A DNA stretch of 64,000 nt from an uncultured Solirubrobacterales bacterium (lineage in GTDB: Bacteria; Actinomycetota; Thermoleophilia; Solirubrobacterales; 70-9): assembly GCA_963795765.1 (NCBI GenBank), contig CAWCJW010000005.1:18984-82983 (forward strand), read 5' to 3'. A program made the translations under genes and the position numbers. This document shows, piece after piece, positions 26,813 through 35,937 of this stretch. The notes beneath the pieces are model-generated. The model was given only the letters and a program-made list of their open reading frames with translations. It had not been told where the DNA came from and did not search any database. Position 1 is the stretch's first letter; each line of letters begins with the position of its first letter.

Positions 26813-27901
26813 TCAGGCCGTGAGGCCGAGCTGCAGCTGATCGCGCTCTTCCTCCGGCTCGGCCGACTCCTCCGCCTCGCTCTCGAAGGCGGCAACCCGC
26901 ACGCCGAGCAAGCGCACCGGCCGCGGCGGGTCGTAGGCGCGCAGGAGGTCGAGGGCGATCGGCCCGACGACGGCGAGGTCATCGGTCGGCTCGTCAACCG
27001 TCTGCGAGCGGGTGACGTTGGTCCAGTCGTCGAGCCGCACCTTGATCCCGATCGAGCGCCCGCGCAGCTCGCGCTTGCGCAGACGGCGGCAGAGCTCCTC
27101 GGAAAGCTGACCGAGATGGGCCTCGAGCTCGGCGCGATCGCCGACGTCGACGTCAAAGGTCGTCTCCGCCGACTGCGACTTGGTCTCGCGCACGACCGTT
27201 ACCGGCGTCTCGTCTTCGAGGTGGGCACGGCGGTGCAGCCAGCGCCCCTGACGTGGGCCGAAGGCCTGCTCCAACGTCTCCGGGTCCCGCATCCGCAGGT
27301 CGGTCAGGGTGCGGATACCCATGCCGCCTAGCTTGGTCACGGTCTTTGGGCCGATGCCCGGGATAAGGCCGGGAGATTCGGCCGCGAAGCGCTCCAGCGC
27401 TTCGGTGCGCGAGAGCACGACCAAGCCGGCCGGCTTGCCGAGCTCGCTGGTGATCTTGGCCAGCATGCGGCTCTCCGAGATGCCAACCGAGCAGGTCAAC
27501 CCGGTCTGCTCGCGGATCTCGCTGGCGATTCTTCGCATCGTGGTCTTCGGCGAGAAGAGCCCGGTGAGGTCGATGTAGGCCTCGTCGAGCCCGACCACCT
27601 CGACCGTCTCCGCGTTGCTTCGCAGCACCTCCATCACCTGCATCGAGGCCTCGCGATAGGCAGTGAAGTCCGGCGGTAGGTAAACCGCATCGGGCAATCG
27701 CCGCCGCGCCACGGCCGCTGGCATCGCCGAGTGGATCCCAGCCAGCTTGCGCGCCTCATAGCTAGCCGTCGTCACCACCGCCCGCGGGCCCGAGCCGCAG
27801 ACCACAACCGGCTTCCCTTTCAGCTCCGGCCGCCGCCGCAGCTCGACCGACGCGTAAAACGCGTCCATATCGAGATGCGCAACGGTCCGCTCAAAGGTCA
27901 C
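26813..27901 (-). CDS. dinB: DNA polymerase IV
   Basis: VAHLDMDAFYASVE, SVGISESRMLAKI and GIGPKT motifs. Confidence 0.9.
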   Translation of the reverse strand: MTFERTVAHLDMDAFYASVELRRRPELKGKPVVVCGSGPRAVVTTASYEARKLAGIHSAMPAAVARRRLPDAVYLPPDFTAYREASMQVMEVLRSNAETVEVVGLDEAYIDLTGLFSPKTTMRRIASEIREQTGLTCSVGISESRMLAKITSELGKPAGLVVLSRTEALERFAAESPGLIPGIGPKTVTKLGGMGIRTLTDLRMRDPETLEQAFGPRQGRWLHRRAHLEDETPVTVVRETKSQSAETTFDVDVGDRAELEAHLGQLSEELCRRLRKRELRGRSIGIKVRLDDWTNVTRSQTVDEPTDDLAVVGPIALDLLRAYDPPRPVRLLGVRVAAFESEAEESAEPEEERDQLQLGLTA

Positions 27902-27965
27902 GATCCGATGGTAGGAGGGAGGGAAGACGACGATTCAGACGCCCAGGGGCGGGTAGCGTGTCGGC

Positions 27966-28382
27966 ATGACCGACATAACTCACAGCAAGATCGACGACCT
28001 CAACGCGATCGACGGCTACTTCGAGAAGGTCTCGATGGTTCAGGTTGCCGCCGGCCTTGGCGTCAGCGCTTTCGGTATCTCGATCGTCGACCTCGACCCC
28101 GGTGCCGACGAATACCCGGAGCACGATCACTCCGAGGACGGTCTCGGCGGCGAGATGTTCGCCAAACGTCCCGAGCAGCTGGGTCAAGAGGAGGTCTACG
28201 TCGCCCTACGCGGCTCCGGCACGCTGGAAGCCGACGGCGAGGAGTATGAGCTCGGCCCCGACCAAATCGTTCGCGTCGGCCCTGCGGTGAAACGCAAGGT
28301 CAGGCCGGGTCCCGACGGGCTCCGCTTGCTCGCCCTCGGCGCGACGCCAGGCGAGGCGTACGACACCGGCGGCACCCTCTAG
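27966..28382 (+). CDS. Cupin domain protein
   Basis: 138 aa. YPEHDHSEDG...EVYVALRGSG pattern is consistent with a small cupin barrel. Confidence 0.65.
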   Translation: MTDITHSKIDDLNAIDGYFEKVSMVQVAAGLGVSAFGISIVDLDPGADEYPEHDHSEDGLGGEMFAKRPEQLGQEEVYVALRGSGTLEADGEEYELGPDQIVRVGPAVKRKVRPGPDGLRLLALGATPGEAYDTGGTL

Positions 28383-28409
28383 CCAGGTCTCCCTCTTAGA
28401 CTTCCGACG

Positions 28410-28691
28410 ATGGCTTCTCCTGAGGCGAAGAACCTCGAGGCGATCTCGAAGGCGATCGACCAGCACAACTCGAGCTGCCCCTTCCCGGCGGCTGAGGTGC
28501 GGATGAACCCGTTCGAGGTCGAACGGCTGGGTTGGGATCAGATCCGCGGGCTGCCGGTCGTGCCCGATGCGGAGATCGGTACCGGGCGCTTCCGCATCGT
28601 CTGCTCGCGCGACCTCGACGGCGAGGGACTCGAGGAGGTCGAGGCGGTCGGCCAGGAGATCGAGACCGTCGTGCCGGTCGTCAACAACTAG
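28410..28691 (+). CDS. Hypothetical 93-aa protein
   Basis: High third-position GC and placement 27 nt after the cupin gene support coding. I recognise no family. Confidence 0.45.
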   Translation: MASPEAKNLEAISKAIDQHNSSCPFPAAEVRMNPFEVERLGWDQIRGLPVVPDAEIGTGRFRIVCSRDLDGEGLEEVEAVGQEIETVVPVVNN

Positions 28692-29449
28692 ACGCTGTTC
28701 CAGAAGTCGAGGCCGAGGCCCGACAGCCAGCTCTGGGCTTCGGCATTGAGCTGAGTCAGCTCGTTGGTCCAGATCAGCACCCCCATCGCAATCAGGATCA
28801 CCCCGCCGGTGGCGACGATCGCCTGGTAATGACGCTTGACCACGGTGAAGGCCGTGGTCATCCGCGAGAAGGCAATCGCGGTCAGCAGGAAGGGGATCGC
28901 CAGGCCAGCCGAGTAGACAACGAGGAGCAGAGCGCCGTGGGCGGCCGAGCCCGAGAGCGAGGCGGCGGTGAGGATGGCGCCGAGAGTCGGACCGATGCAG
29001 GGCGTCCAGGCGATTGCGAAGGCGGCGCCGGCGACGATCGGCCCGCCCCTGCCGGCGCGCTCGAGCAGGGCGTCGACGTGCCACTCGCGGTTGAGGCGGG
29101 TGACGAAGAGTGAGGCGACGAAGAGCACACCCATGGCGATGATCAGCGCCGCGGCAATCTTGCTGAGCAGTTCTTCGTGGTCCTGGAAGGCGGAGCCCAA
29201 CGCGGTTGCGGTCAGGCCCTCGGCGACGAAGATCGCCGAGAAGCTGGCGACGAAAAGTAGGCTGGGGGCGAGGATGCGGCGCCAGCCTGCCGTCTCCAGC
29301 TCGGCCGCCGAGACGCCGCTGACCGCCGAGAGGTAGCCGGGGACCAGCGGCAGCACGCAGGGGGAGAGGAAGGAGACGACTCCCGCGGCAAGGGCGGCAA
29401 AGATGCCCACTCCGGCGGCCGGGTCGGTGCTCAGGGCGGCGAAAAGCAC
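28688..29449 (-). CDS. ccdA: Cytochrome c biogenesis / thiol-disulfide electron transfer protein CcdA (DsbD family)
   Basis: Six-TM protein with the two conserved Cys motifs SPCVLPLVPGY and TPCIGPTLG. Confidence 0.85.
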   Translation of the reverse strand: MLFAALSTDPAAGVGIFAALAAGVVSFLSPCVLPLVPGYLSAVSGVSAAELETAGWRRILAPSLLFVASFSAIFVAEGLTATALGSAFQDHEELLSKIAAALIIAMGVLFVASLFVTRLNREWHVDALLERAGRGGPIVAGAAFAIAWTPCIGPTLGAILTAASLSGSAAHGALLLVVYSAGLAIPFLLTAIAFSRMTTAFTVVKRHYQAIVATGGVILIAMGVLIWTNELTQLNAEAQSWLSGLGLDFWNSV

Positions 29450-29538
29450 GGCCCATCAGGGTACTTGGGCCGCCCTGTGGCGCGCTCCTACTCCTAAGAT
29501 CGTTGCCGTCTCTGTCCAGGAACGAAAGGAGTTCGATC

Positions 29539-29880
29539 GTGCACTTATCCCTGCGTAAGCCGCTTCTGGTCTGTTTCACCGCCCTAGCGGTTGCCTCGGT
29601 TTTGCTCTTGCCGGCGACGGCCTCGGCCGCCGACAAGGACTGCGCCAACTTCAGGAACCAGCGAGCGGCCCAGTTCTTCTTCCTCAAGCACGGTGGGCCA
29701 CAGGAAGATCCGGACCGCCTCGACGGCGACAACGACGGCGTTGCCTGCGAGGACAACCCGTGTCCCTGCTACCGCCGGAAGCACCTGCCGTACGCGTTGA
29801 CGTTCGCCCTCGCCGCCGCGAGCAACGGGAGACTTGCGGCGTGGAACTCTTCAACGCCGCGGGTACTGCCAGCCGCCTGA
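29539..29880 (+). CDS. Secreted Excalibur calcium-binding domain protein
   Basis: GTG 29539 follows AAAGGAG. Signal peptide, then DKDCANFRNQRAAQFFF...DPDRLDGDNDGVACE (Excalibur signature). Confidence 0.7.
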   Translation: MHLSLRKPLLVCFTALAVASVLLLPATASAADKDCANFRNQRAAQFFFLKHGGPQEDPDRLDGDNDGVACEDNPCPCYRRKHLPYALTFALAAASNGRLAAWNSSTPRVLPAA

Positions 29881-30914
29881 GAGCGTCGCCGCTGCTGGCG
29901 ATCGGTCCGAGCGAGCCCGGGCCGGCGCTGCGCCGCGGCGCCCTGGTCGCGATTCCGGTCGGGCTGGCGCTCCTGCTCGAGCTCGGGCTGAGCAGCGCCA
30001 GCAAGGGGGCGATCGGGACCGGCGCGCTGCTCGCCGGCTTCCCGGGGCTCGACGCGCCGGCGCGCACGCGGGCGGCCTGGCAGGCGGCGGTCGCGCCGCT
30101 GATCGGCCTTGCTGCGGCGCTCGGTGTGCTGAGCGGATCGAGCGCCCTGCCGGCGATCGCCGCGGTGGCGGTGGTCGGAGCCGCCGCCGGCTACTGCTTC
30201 TCCGTCTCGCTGCGCTTCTCGATCGCGGGGCTCTCGGTCGCGCTGGCGCTGGTCATTGCCCAGGACCTGCCGCTTGACCTCGGCGACATCGGCGCGGCCT
30301 TCCTGCTCGCGACCGCCGGCGGCTTGCTGCAGGCGGCCTTCTCCGCCTGCGTCTGGATTGCCGGCGACCGCAGCGAAGAGGGTGGGGCAGAGGGATGGAA
30401 CACCGGCGCCGTCTTGCACGCGCTGCGCGCGAACCTGAGCCTGGGCTCAACCAGCTTCCGCCACGGCCTGCGCTTCGGCGCCGCCCTCGCCGCCGGGGTC
30501 TCGATCTACTGGCTGATCGGGATGCACGAACACGGCTTCTGGATCCCGCTGACGATCCTCTTCGTCCTGCGCCCGGAGAAAGAAGAGACCTTCCGCCGCT
30601 TGATCCTGCGCGCGGTCGGCACGGCGGCGGGCCTGCTGTTCGCCACCGCGCTGGCCGAGTGGCTCGGCGGCAGCGGCGTGGCCGTGGCGGTCGCCCTGAC
30701 AATCGCCACCGCCTTCGCCTACGGCCTGCTGACGGTCCAGTACGCGCTCTTCACCGCCGCGATCACGACCTACGCGGTGCTGCTCGCCGACTCGATCGGG
30801 GAGCACGCCCTGCACGCGGCCGGGCAGCGCGCCATCGCCACCGCAATCGGCATCGTGATTGCCGGCGCCTCCTTCCTGCTCTGGCCAAACCGCGGCGAAG
30901 TGAGTACGGGCTAG
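29841..30914 (+). CDS. FUSC-like (aromatic acid exporter family) integral membrane protein
   Basis: Multi-TM protein with FRHGLRFGAALAAGV...WIPLTILFVLRPE, typical of FUSC/ArAE proteins. The start is uncertain (GTG 29841 chosen to limit overlap with the Excalibur gene). Confidence 0.55.
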   Translation: MELFNAAGTASRLRASPLLAIGPSEPGPALRRGALVAIPVGLALLLELGLSSASKGAIGTGALLAGFPGLDAPARTRAAWQAAVAPLIGLAAALGVLSGSSALPAIAAVAVVGAAAGYCFSVSLRFSIAGLSVALALVIAQDLPLDLGDIGAAFLLATAGGLLQAAFSACVWIAGDRSEEGGAEGWNTGAVLHALRANLSLGSTSFRHGLRFGAALAAGVSIYWLIGMHEHGFWIPLTILFVLRPEKEETFRRLILRAVGTAAGLLFATALAEWLGGSGVAVAVALTIATAFAYGLLTVQYALFTAAITTYAVLLADSIGEHALHAAGQRAIATAIGIVIAGASFLLWPNRGEVSTG

Positions 30915-31516
30915 CCGAGTTCCAGCAGCTGTTCTTTGTGGGGGCCGAGCGCTTCAGTCGTGAAGGTCGCGTTCCATTCAGTCAATCCTTCAATTGCCGT
31001 GCCCGTGGCCAAGAAGCTCGATTTGTCGAAAGTGAAGGTGCCGACAGTGTTGTCGTATTTGCCACCAGCGGTCCCGACAAATGTGACCAGCGTTTCCCCC
31101 AGGGCACATTCTTCGCCCGCGTAGAGGATGCTGAATTTGATTCCTTCGACGACGACGTAGTTCACCGAGGCAACCGTCGTCCCGTGCACACTCCAGGGAA
31201 GTTTCTGGGCAGCCGCGGATTTGACCGTGCAGGCTTTGCTGCTGGTGGAGCATTTGCTAAGCACGACTTCGCTCATTTTTCCGCTGGCCTTCAAATTGGA
31301 ATTCGAGATCGTCATGCCATAGGAGAAGTCGCAAACGGTTTTCAAACCGGGGGCTACCAGGCTGCTTTCGAGTGCCGTCCCGGCGATCGATTCCGAGCCG
31401 GCAAGAGCTTTGTGTTCGAATTTCCACACCACGGCGCCGGCACTGGCGGCTGCAACACCCGCTAGCAGCGCCATCAAGGCGCAGACAAGAAGTGCTTGAA
31501 GCGCTCTCCCTCTCAC
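30911..31516 (-). CDS. Secreted Cys-containing hypothetical protein in an AT-richer patch
   Basis: Signal peptide MRGRALQALLVCALMALLAGVAAASAGA, 201 aa, no family recognised. A 100-nt stretch counted by hand (31261-31360) is 51% GC, against a background of about 70%. Confidence 0.6.
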   Translation of the reverse strand: MRGRALQALLVCALMALLAGVAAASAGAVVWKFEHKALAGSESIAGTALESSLVAPGLKTVCDFSYGMTISNSNLKASGKMSEVVLSKCSTSSKACTVKSAAAQKLPWSVHGTTVASVNYVVVEGIKFSILYAGEECALGETLVTFVGTAGGKYDNTVGTFTFDKSSFLATGTAIEGLTEWNATFTTEALGPHKEQLLELG

Positions 31517-31564
31517 TGCTCAAGTTTTTCAGATTGCTGGCCTGAGCGGTTTGCGGGTGGATCG

Positions 31565-32533
31565 CTACAGCCAACCAACCCGCTTGAAACGCCGGTACAG
31601 CGCCAGGCAAACCAGGGCGATCAGGATCAGCACGGTGAAGTAGCCGTAGCGCCAGTGCAGCTCCGGCATGTGGTCGAAGTTCATCCCGTAGATGCCGGCG
31701 ACCATCGTCGGCACGGCGGCGATCGCGACCCAGGCCGAGATCTTGCGCATGTCCTCGTTCTGGCGCACCGAGACCTGGGTCAGGTTCGCTTGCAGGGCAC
31801 TGTCGAGCAGGGCGCGGAAGCCGGCGACGCGACCGGTCACCCGCTGCAGGTGGTCGTGGACGTCGCGGAAGTAATCGTCGAGCTCGCTCGGAATCGCTTC
31901 GAAGCGGCCTTCGCTGATCTCATCGACGGCTTCGAGCAGGGGGGAGACGACCCGGTAGAGGTCGAGGACCTCGCGCTCGAGTTTGTAGATCTGCTGGACC
32001 GGGTTGGCCCGCTCAGAGGAGAAGACCTCGCGCTCTACCGCCTGGATCTCGCCGTCGACCGCCTGGGCGACGTCGCCGTAGTCATCGACCACGTGGTCGA
32101 GGATCGCGTAAAGGACGACGCCAGTGCCGTGGGCGAGCAGGTCGGGGCGATGCTCGACCCGCTCCCTGACCGAGCTCAGCCCGCCCTCGCCGTGGCGGAC
32201 GGTGATGATGAAGTTGGAGTTGACGAAGAGCAGCAGCTCGCCGACTTCGACCGCGTGGCTGGGGTCGGGGCGGTTGACTGTCTTGACGACGACCAGCAGG
32301 GTGTCGCCGAAGAGCTCGACCTTGGGCCGCTGCTGGGCCTTGACCGCGTCCTCCACGGCGAGCTCGTGCAGCTTGAACTGCTGAGCGATCACTCCGAATT
32401 CCTCTGCTGACGGTTCGGCCACACCGAGCCAAACGAAGGCATCATCGGCGCGGGATGCCTCGTGCGCCTGCTCGAGGCTGAGCTTGCCCTCCCGCCGCCG
32501 GCCCTTCTCGTAGACGCCGCAATCAACGATCAC
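31565..32533 (-). CDS. corA: Magnesium/cobalt transporter CorA
   Basis: YGMNF (GMN) motif followed by two C-terminal TM helices. 322 aa. Confidence 0.9.
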   Translation of the reverse strand: MIVDCGVYEKGRRREGKLSLEQAHEASRADDAFVWLGVAEPSAEEFGVIAQQFKLHELAVEDAVKAQQRPKVELFGDTLLVVVKTVNRPDPSHAVEVGELLLFVNSNFIITVRHGEGGLSSVRERVEHRPDLLAHGTGVVLYAILDHVVDDYGDVAQAVDGEIQAVEREVFSSERANPVQQIYKLEREVLDLYRVVSPLLEAVDEISEGRFEAIPSELDDYFRDVHDHLQRVTGRVAGFRALLDSALQANLTQVSVRQNEDMRKISAWVAIAAVPTMVAGIYGMNFDHMPELHWRYGYFTVLILIALVCLALYRRFKRVGWL

Positions 32534-32629
32534 TCAGCCAAGTATCGCCACCGCACCGGTCCGACCGGTAGATTTCCTGGCTGACCAGCCAAACCGCGAC
32601 AGGCGCTCGCGGCGACACAGGAGCAGACT

Positions 32630-33823
32630 TTGAGCAACCGCACGTTCGTGATCGGGGTCGGGATGACCAAGTTCGAGAAGCCCGGCACCAAGGAGGGCGA
32701 CTACCCCGACTGGGCGAAGGAGGCGGGGGAGAAGGCGCTCGCCGACGCCGGCATTCCCTACGAGGACGTGCAGCAGGCCTTTGCCGGCTACTGCTACGGC
32801 GATTCCACCTACGGCCAGCGGGCGCTCTACCAGCTCGGCCTCACCGGGATCCCGGTCGTCAACGTCAACAACAACTGCTCGACCGGCTCCTCGGCGCTGT
32901 TCCTGGCCCGGCAGGCGGTCAAGGGCGGCCTGGTCGACTGCGCCCTGGCGCTCGGCTTCGAGAAGATGGAGCCCGGCAGCCTCGGCGTCAAGTACACCGA
33001 CCGCACCAACGCGCTCGACAAGCACGCGATGCGGATGTTCGAGATCCGCGATCCCGAGCAGTCACCGCCGGCGCCGCAGATGTTCGGCAACGCCGGCCGC
33101 GACCACATGCAGAAGTACGGCTCCAACCCCGACCACTACGCCTGGATCGGCTGGAAGAACCACAAGCACTCGGTCAACAACCCCTACGCCCAGTTCCAGG
33201 ACGAGTACAGCCTCGAGGACATCAAGGGCGCGCGGATGATCCACGACCCGCTGACCAAGCTGCAGTGCTCGCCGACCTCCGACGGCTCGGCCTGCGCGAT
33301 CGTCGCCTCCGAGCGCTACGTCGAAGAGCACGGCCTCGGCGACCGGGCGATCGAGATCGCCGGCCAGTCGATGGTCACCGACCTCAGCTCGACCTTCGCC
33401 GAGGACACCGACTGCATGAAGATCGTCGGCTCCGACATGTCGAAGCAGGCGGCCAACGAGGCCTACGCCGAGGCCGGTGTCGCCGCAGAGGAAGTCGACG
33501 TCTGCGAGCTGCACGACTGCTTCAGCGCCAACGAGCTGATCACTTATGAAGCGCTCGGGTTCGCCGCCGAGGGCGAGGCGCACAAGCTGGTCGAGGAAGA
33601 AGCGACCACCTACGGCGGCAAGGTCGTGGTCAATCCCTCCGGCGGGCTGATCTCCAAGGGCCACCCGCTGGGCGCGACCGGGCTGGCGCAGTGCTCGGAA
33701 CTGACCTGGCAGCTGCGCGGCGACGCCGACAAGCGGCAGGTCGAGGGCGCCAAGCTGGCGCTGCAGCACAACATCGGCCTCGGCGGCGCCGCCGTGGTCA
33801 CCGTCTACAAGCCGGCGGCCTAG
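32630..33823 (+). CDS. Thiolase-fold lipid-transfer protein (SCP-x type thiolase)
   Basis: TTG start 6 nt after [16 protein letters not shown] (active Cys), GHPLGATG and NIGLGGA motifs. Confidence 0.85.
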   Translation: MSNRTFVIGVGMTKFEKPGTKEGDYPDWAKEAGEKALADAGIPYEDVQQAFAGYCYGDSTYGQRALYQLGLTGIPVVNVNNNCSTGSSALFLARQAVKGGLVDCALALGFEKMEPGSLGVKYTDRTNALDKHAMRMFEIRDPEQSPPAPQMFGNAGRDHMQKYGSNPDHYAWIGWKNHKHSVNNPYAQFQDEYSLEDIKGARMIHDPLTKLQCSPTSDGSACAIVASERYVEEHGLGDRAIEIAGQSMVTDLSSTFAEDTDCMKIVGSDMSKQAANEAYAEAGVAAEEVDVCELHDCFSANELITYEALGFAAEGEAHKLVEEEATTYGGKVVVNPSGGLISKGHPLGATGLAQCSELTWQLRGDADKRQVEGAKLALQHNIGLGGAAVVTVYKPAA

Positions 33824-33846
33824 CGCTCGCCGAGGAGGAGGTCCCG

Positions 33847-34737
33847 ATGGCAAAGCAGCGGCAGTCCCTCAGTGGCAAGGTCGTGGCGATAACCGGCGGT
33901 GCGCGCGGGATCGGCAAGGCGACCGCGACGGCACTGGTGCGCAAGGGCTGCCGCGTGGCGATCGGCGACCTCGACCTCGAGCTGGCCGAGCGCACGGCGG
34001 GCGAGCTGGGTGGCGGCACCGTGGCGCTGCCACTCGACGTCACCGACCGCGGCTCCTTCTCGGGCTTCCTCGACGCCGCCGAGCGCGAGCTCGGCCCACT
34101 CGACGTGGTGATCAACAACGCCGGGATCATGCCGGTGACGCCCCTCGCCGAGGAGTCGGACGCCTCGCTCAAACGCCAGCTCGACATCAACATCTACGGC
34201 GTCATCGTCGGCATGCAGCTGGCGATCAAGCGCTTCCAGCCCCGTGGGCACGGCCACATCGTCAACCTCGCCTCGCAGGCCGGCAAGGGCGGCTTCCCCG
34301 GCATCGCCACCTACTCCGGCACCAAGCACGCCGTGGTCGGGATCAGCGAGGCGGCGCGGGCCGAGCTGCGCGGCAGCGGCATCGAGATCGCCTGCGTGAT
34401 GCCGACCGTGGTCAACACCGAGCTGACCGCCGGGGTGGGGCAGAGGCTGATCCGCCCGGTCGAGGCCGCCGACGTCGCCAGTGAGATCGTCGATGCGCTG
34501 GAAGTGCCGCGCTTCGACGTCTGGGTGCCGCGCGAGAACGGCGTTTTCTTCAAGCTCGTCGCCAACCTGCCGCGGAGCTGGCGCGAGGGCCTCGGCCGCC
34601 TGATGAAAGTCGACAAGCTGATGACCGAGGTAGACCACGGCGCCCGCCGCCACTACGAGGAGCGGGCGGCAGCAAGCGAGCCAGCGGCGAGCGACTCCGA
34701 GCCGGAGACTGCTCCGGCGCAGCGCGACGCCGCCTGA
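33847..34737 (+). CDS. Short-chain dehydrogenase/reductase (SDR)
   Basis: TGGARGIGKA, NNAGI and YSGTKHAV (YxxxK) motifs. ATG 33847 is internal to ORF 33691..34737. Confidence 0.85.
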   Translation: MAKQRQSLSGKVVAITGGARGIGKATATALVRKGCRVAIGDLDLELAERTAGELGGGTVALPLDVTDRGSFSGFLDAAERELGPLDVVINNAGIMPVTPLAEESDASLKRQLDINIYGVIVGMQLAIKRFQPRGHGHIVNLASQAGKGGFPGIATYSGTKHAVVGISEAARAELRGSGIEIACVMPTVVNTELTAGVGQRLIRPVEAADVASEIVDALEVPRFDVWVPRENGVFFKLVANLPRSWREGLGRLMKVDKLMTEVDHGARRHYEERAAASEPAASDSEPETAPAQRDAA

Positions 34738-34770
34738 ACTCAGGCCGCCGCTCCGCCGTACATACAGACC

Positions 34771-35407
34771 ATGGGAGCGCTCTACGACGCCACCTGGGGA
34801 AGGGCCTTCGCGGCCCTCTATGACCGCGGCCTGAAGGCGACCGAGGAGGGTGGGCTGCGGCAGATGCGGCGCGAGCTGCTGAGTCAGGCAAGCGGCAGGA
34901 CGATCGACCTGGGAGCCGGGACCGGCGTCAACCTCGACCTCTTTCCCGAGGCGGTCGGTGAGCTGGTCATGGCCGAGCCCGATCCGCACATGCTCAAACA
35001 ACTTCGAGCAAAAGCCGCTGGCAGGGGAGGGGTCGAGGTCGTCGGGGCCTCTGCGCAGGAGCTTCCCTTCGCCGATGACAGCTTCGACACCGCTGTCTTC
35101 ACCCTGGTCCTCTGCACGGTCCCCGATCCGGAGACGGCGCTGCGCGAGGCCGCCCGGGGTACTCAAGCCGGGTGGCAAACTGCTCTTCATCGAGCACGTG
35201 CGTGCCGGAGAGGCAGGCTTGGCCGGGTGGCAGGACCGCTTCGAGAAGCCCTGGCGGTTCCTCGCCGACGGCTGTTACTGCAACCGCGACACCGTGGCGA
35301 CAATCGAAGCCTCGCCGCTGGACCTCGTGCGGGTCGAGCAGGGACGGCTGCCAAAGGCGCCACCGATCGTGCGCCCGCTGGTTTTCGGCAGCGCAGTCGC
35401 CGCTTAG
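34771..35407 (+). pseudogene. Class I SAM-dependent methyltransferase, frame broken at a G-run (pseudogene or sequence error)
   Basis: Frame 1 encodes ...IDLGAGTGVNL...FADDSFDTAVFTLVLCTVPDPETALREAAR. Frame 2 continues VLKPGGKLLFIEHV... to 35407. The switch is at cccgggg (35153-35159), and removing one G restores REAARVLKPGGKL. Confidence 0.7.
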
Positions 35408-35868
35408 CGGGGCTCGGCGGGTGAAACCGGGTCTGCGCTGTGCTCGGGCTCGCTGAAACGCCGCGCCAACAGCGGCTGCGCAACCAGAGTGCCGGCAAGC
35501 ACGACGAGTGAGACGAGGACGAAGGCGAGGCCGAGGTCGTCGAGCGAGTTGGAGTGGCCGGCGAGGCGGTGCTGGACACCGAGCAGGGCGACGGCGATCG
35601 CCAGTAGGTCGGCGATCGCAGCGCCGACGATGAAGCCGAGCCATTCTTCAAGTTCTTCACCGCGGCCCATACGCGGGACGAGCCAGATCACCTCGACTAC
35701 ATAACCCGGCAGCAGGATCGCGCCGATCAGGGCCAGGCTCTGCAGCAGGTCCGGCGAGGCCGGCGGAACCGCGCCGAGGAAGAAGGCGGCGCCGATGCTG
35801 GCGACGACTACCGAGAAGAGCGCCAGCAGCACGCCCTTGGTGATCGGTTCGTAGACGGGGAGGCGCAT
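35404..35868 (-). CDS. Hypothetical integral membrane protein
   Basis: 154 aa with four hydrophobic segments. No family recognised. Confidence 0.5.
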   Translation of the reverse strand: MRLPVYEPITKGVLLALFSVVVASIGAAFFLGAVPPASPDLLQSLALIGAILLPGYVVEVIWLVPRMGRGEELEEWLGFIVGAAIADLLAIAVALLGVQHRLAGHSNSLDDLGLAFVLVSLVVLAGTLVAQPLLARRFSEPEHSADPVSPAEPR

Positions 35869-35937
35869 CGGGCCGGCAGTCTATGAGCAGGTCGACCCCC
35901 CGCCAAATCGAACTAACGCACGATAATGGTGGTTATG

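Noticed and set aside
28206-29756. 516-aa minus-strand ORF, and similar ORFs such as 33820..35190, 41204..42427, 7464..9053 and 9225..10496
   Set aside because: All overlap recognisable genes on the same or opposite strand (ccdA; SDR/methyltransferase; DagK/murT; cdsA/dxr; dxr/rseP). They lack motifs and are compositional shadows.
32534-32629. Possible Mg-sensing riboswitch (M-box) in the corA leader
   Set aside because: Only 96 nt separate corA from the divergent thiolase gene, which is too short for an M-box. I could not find its conserved helices.
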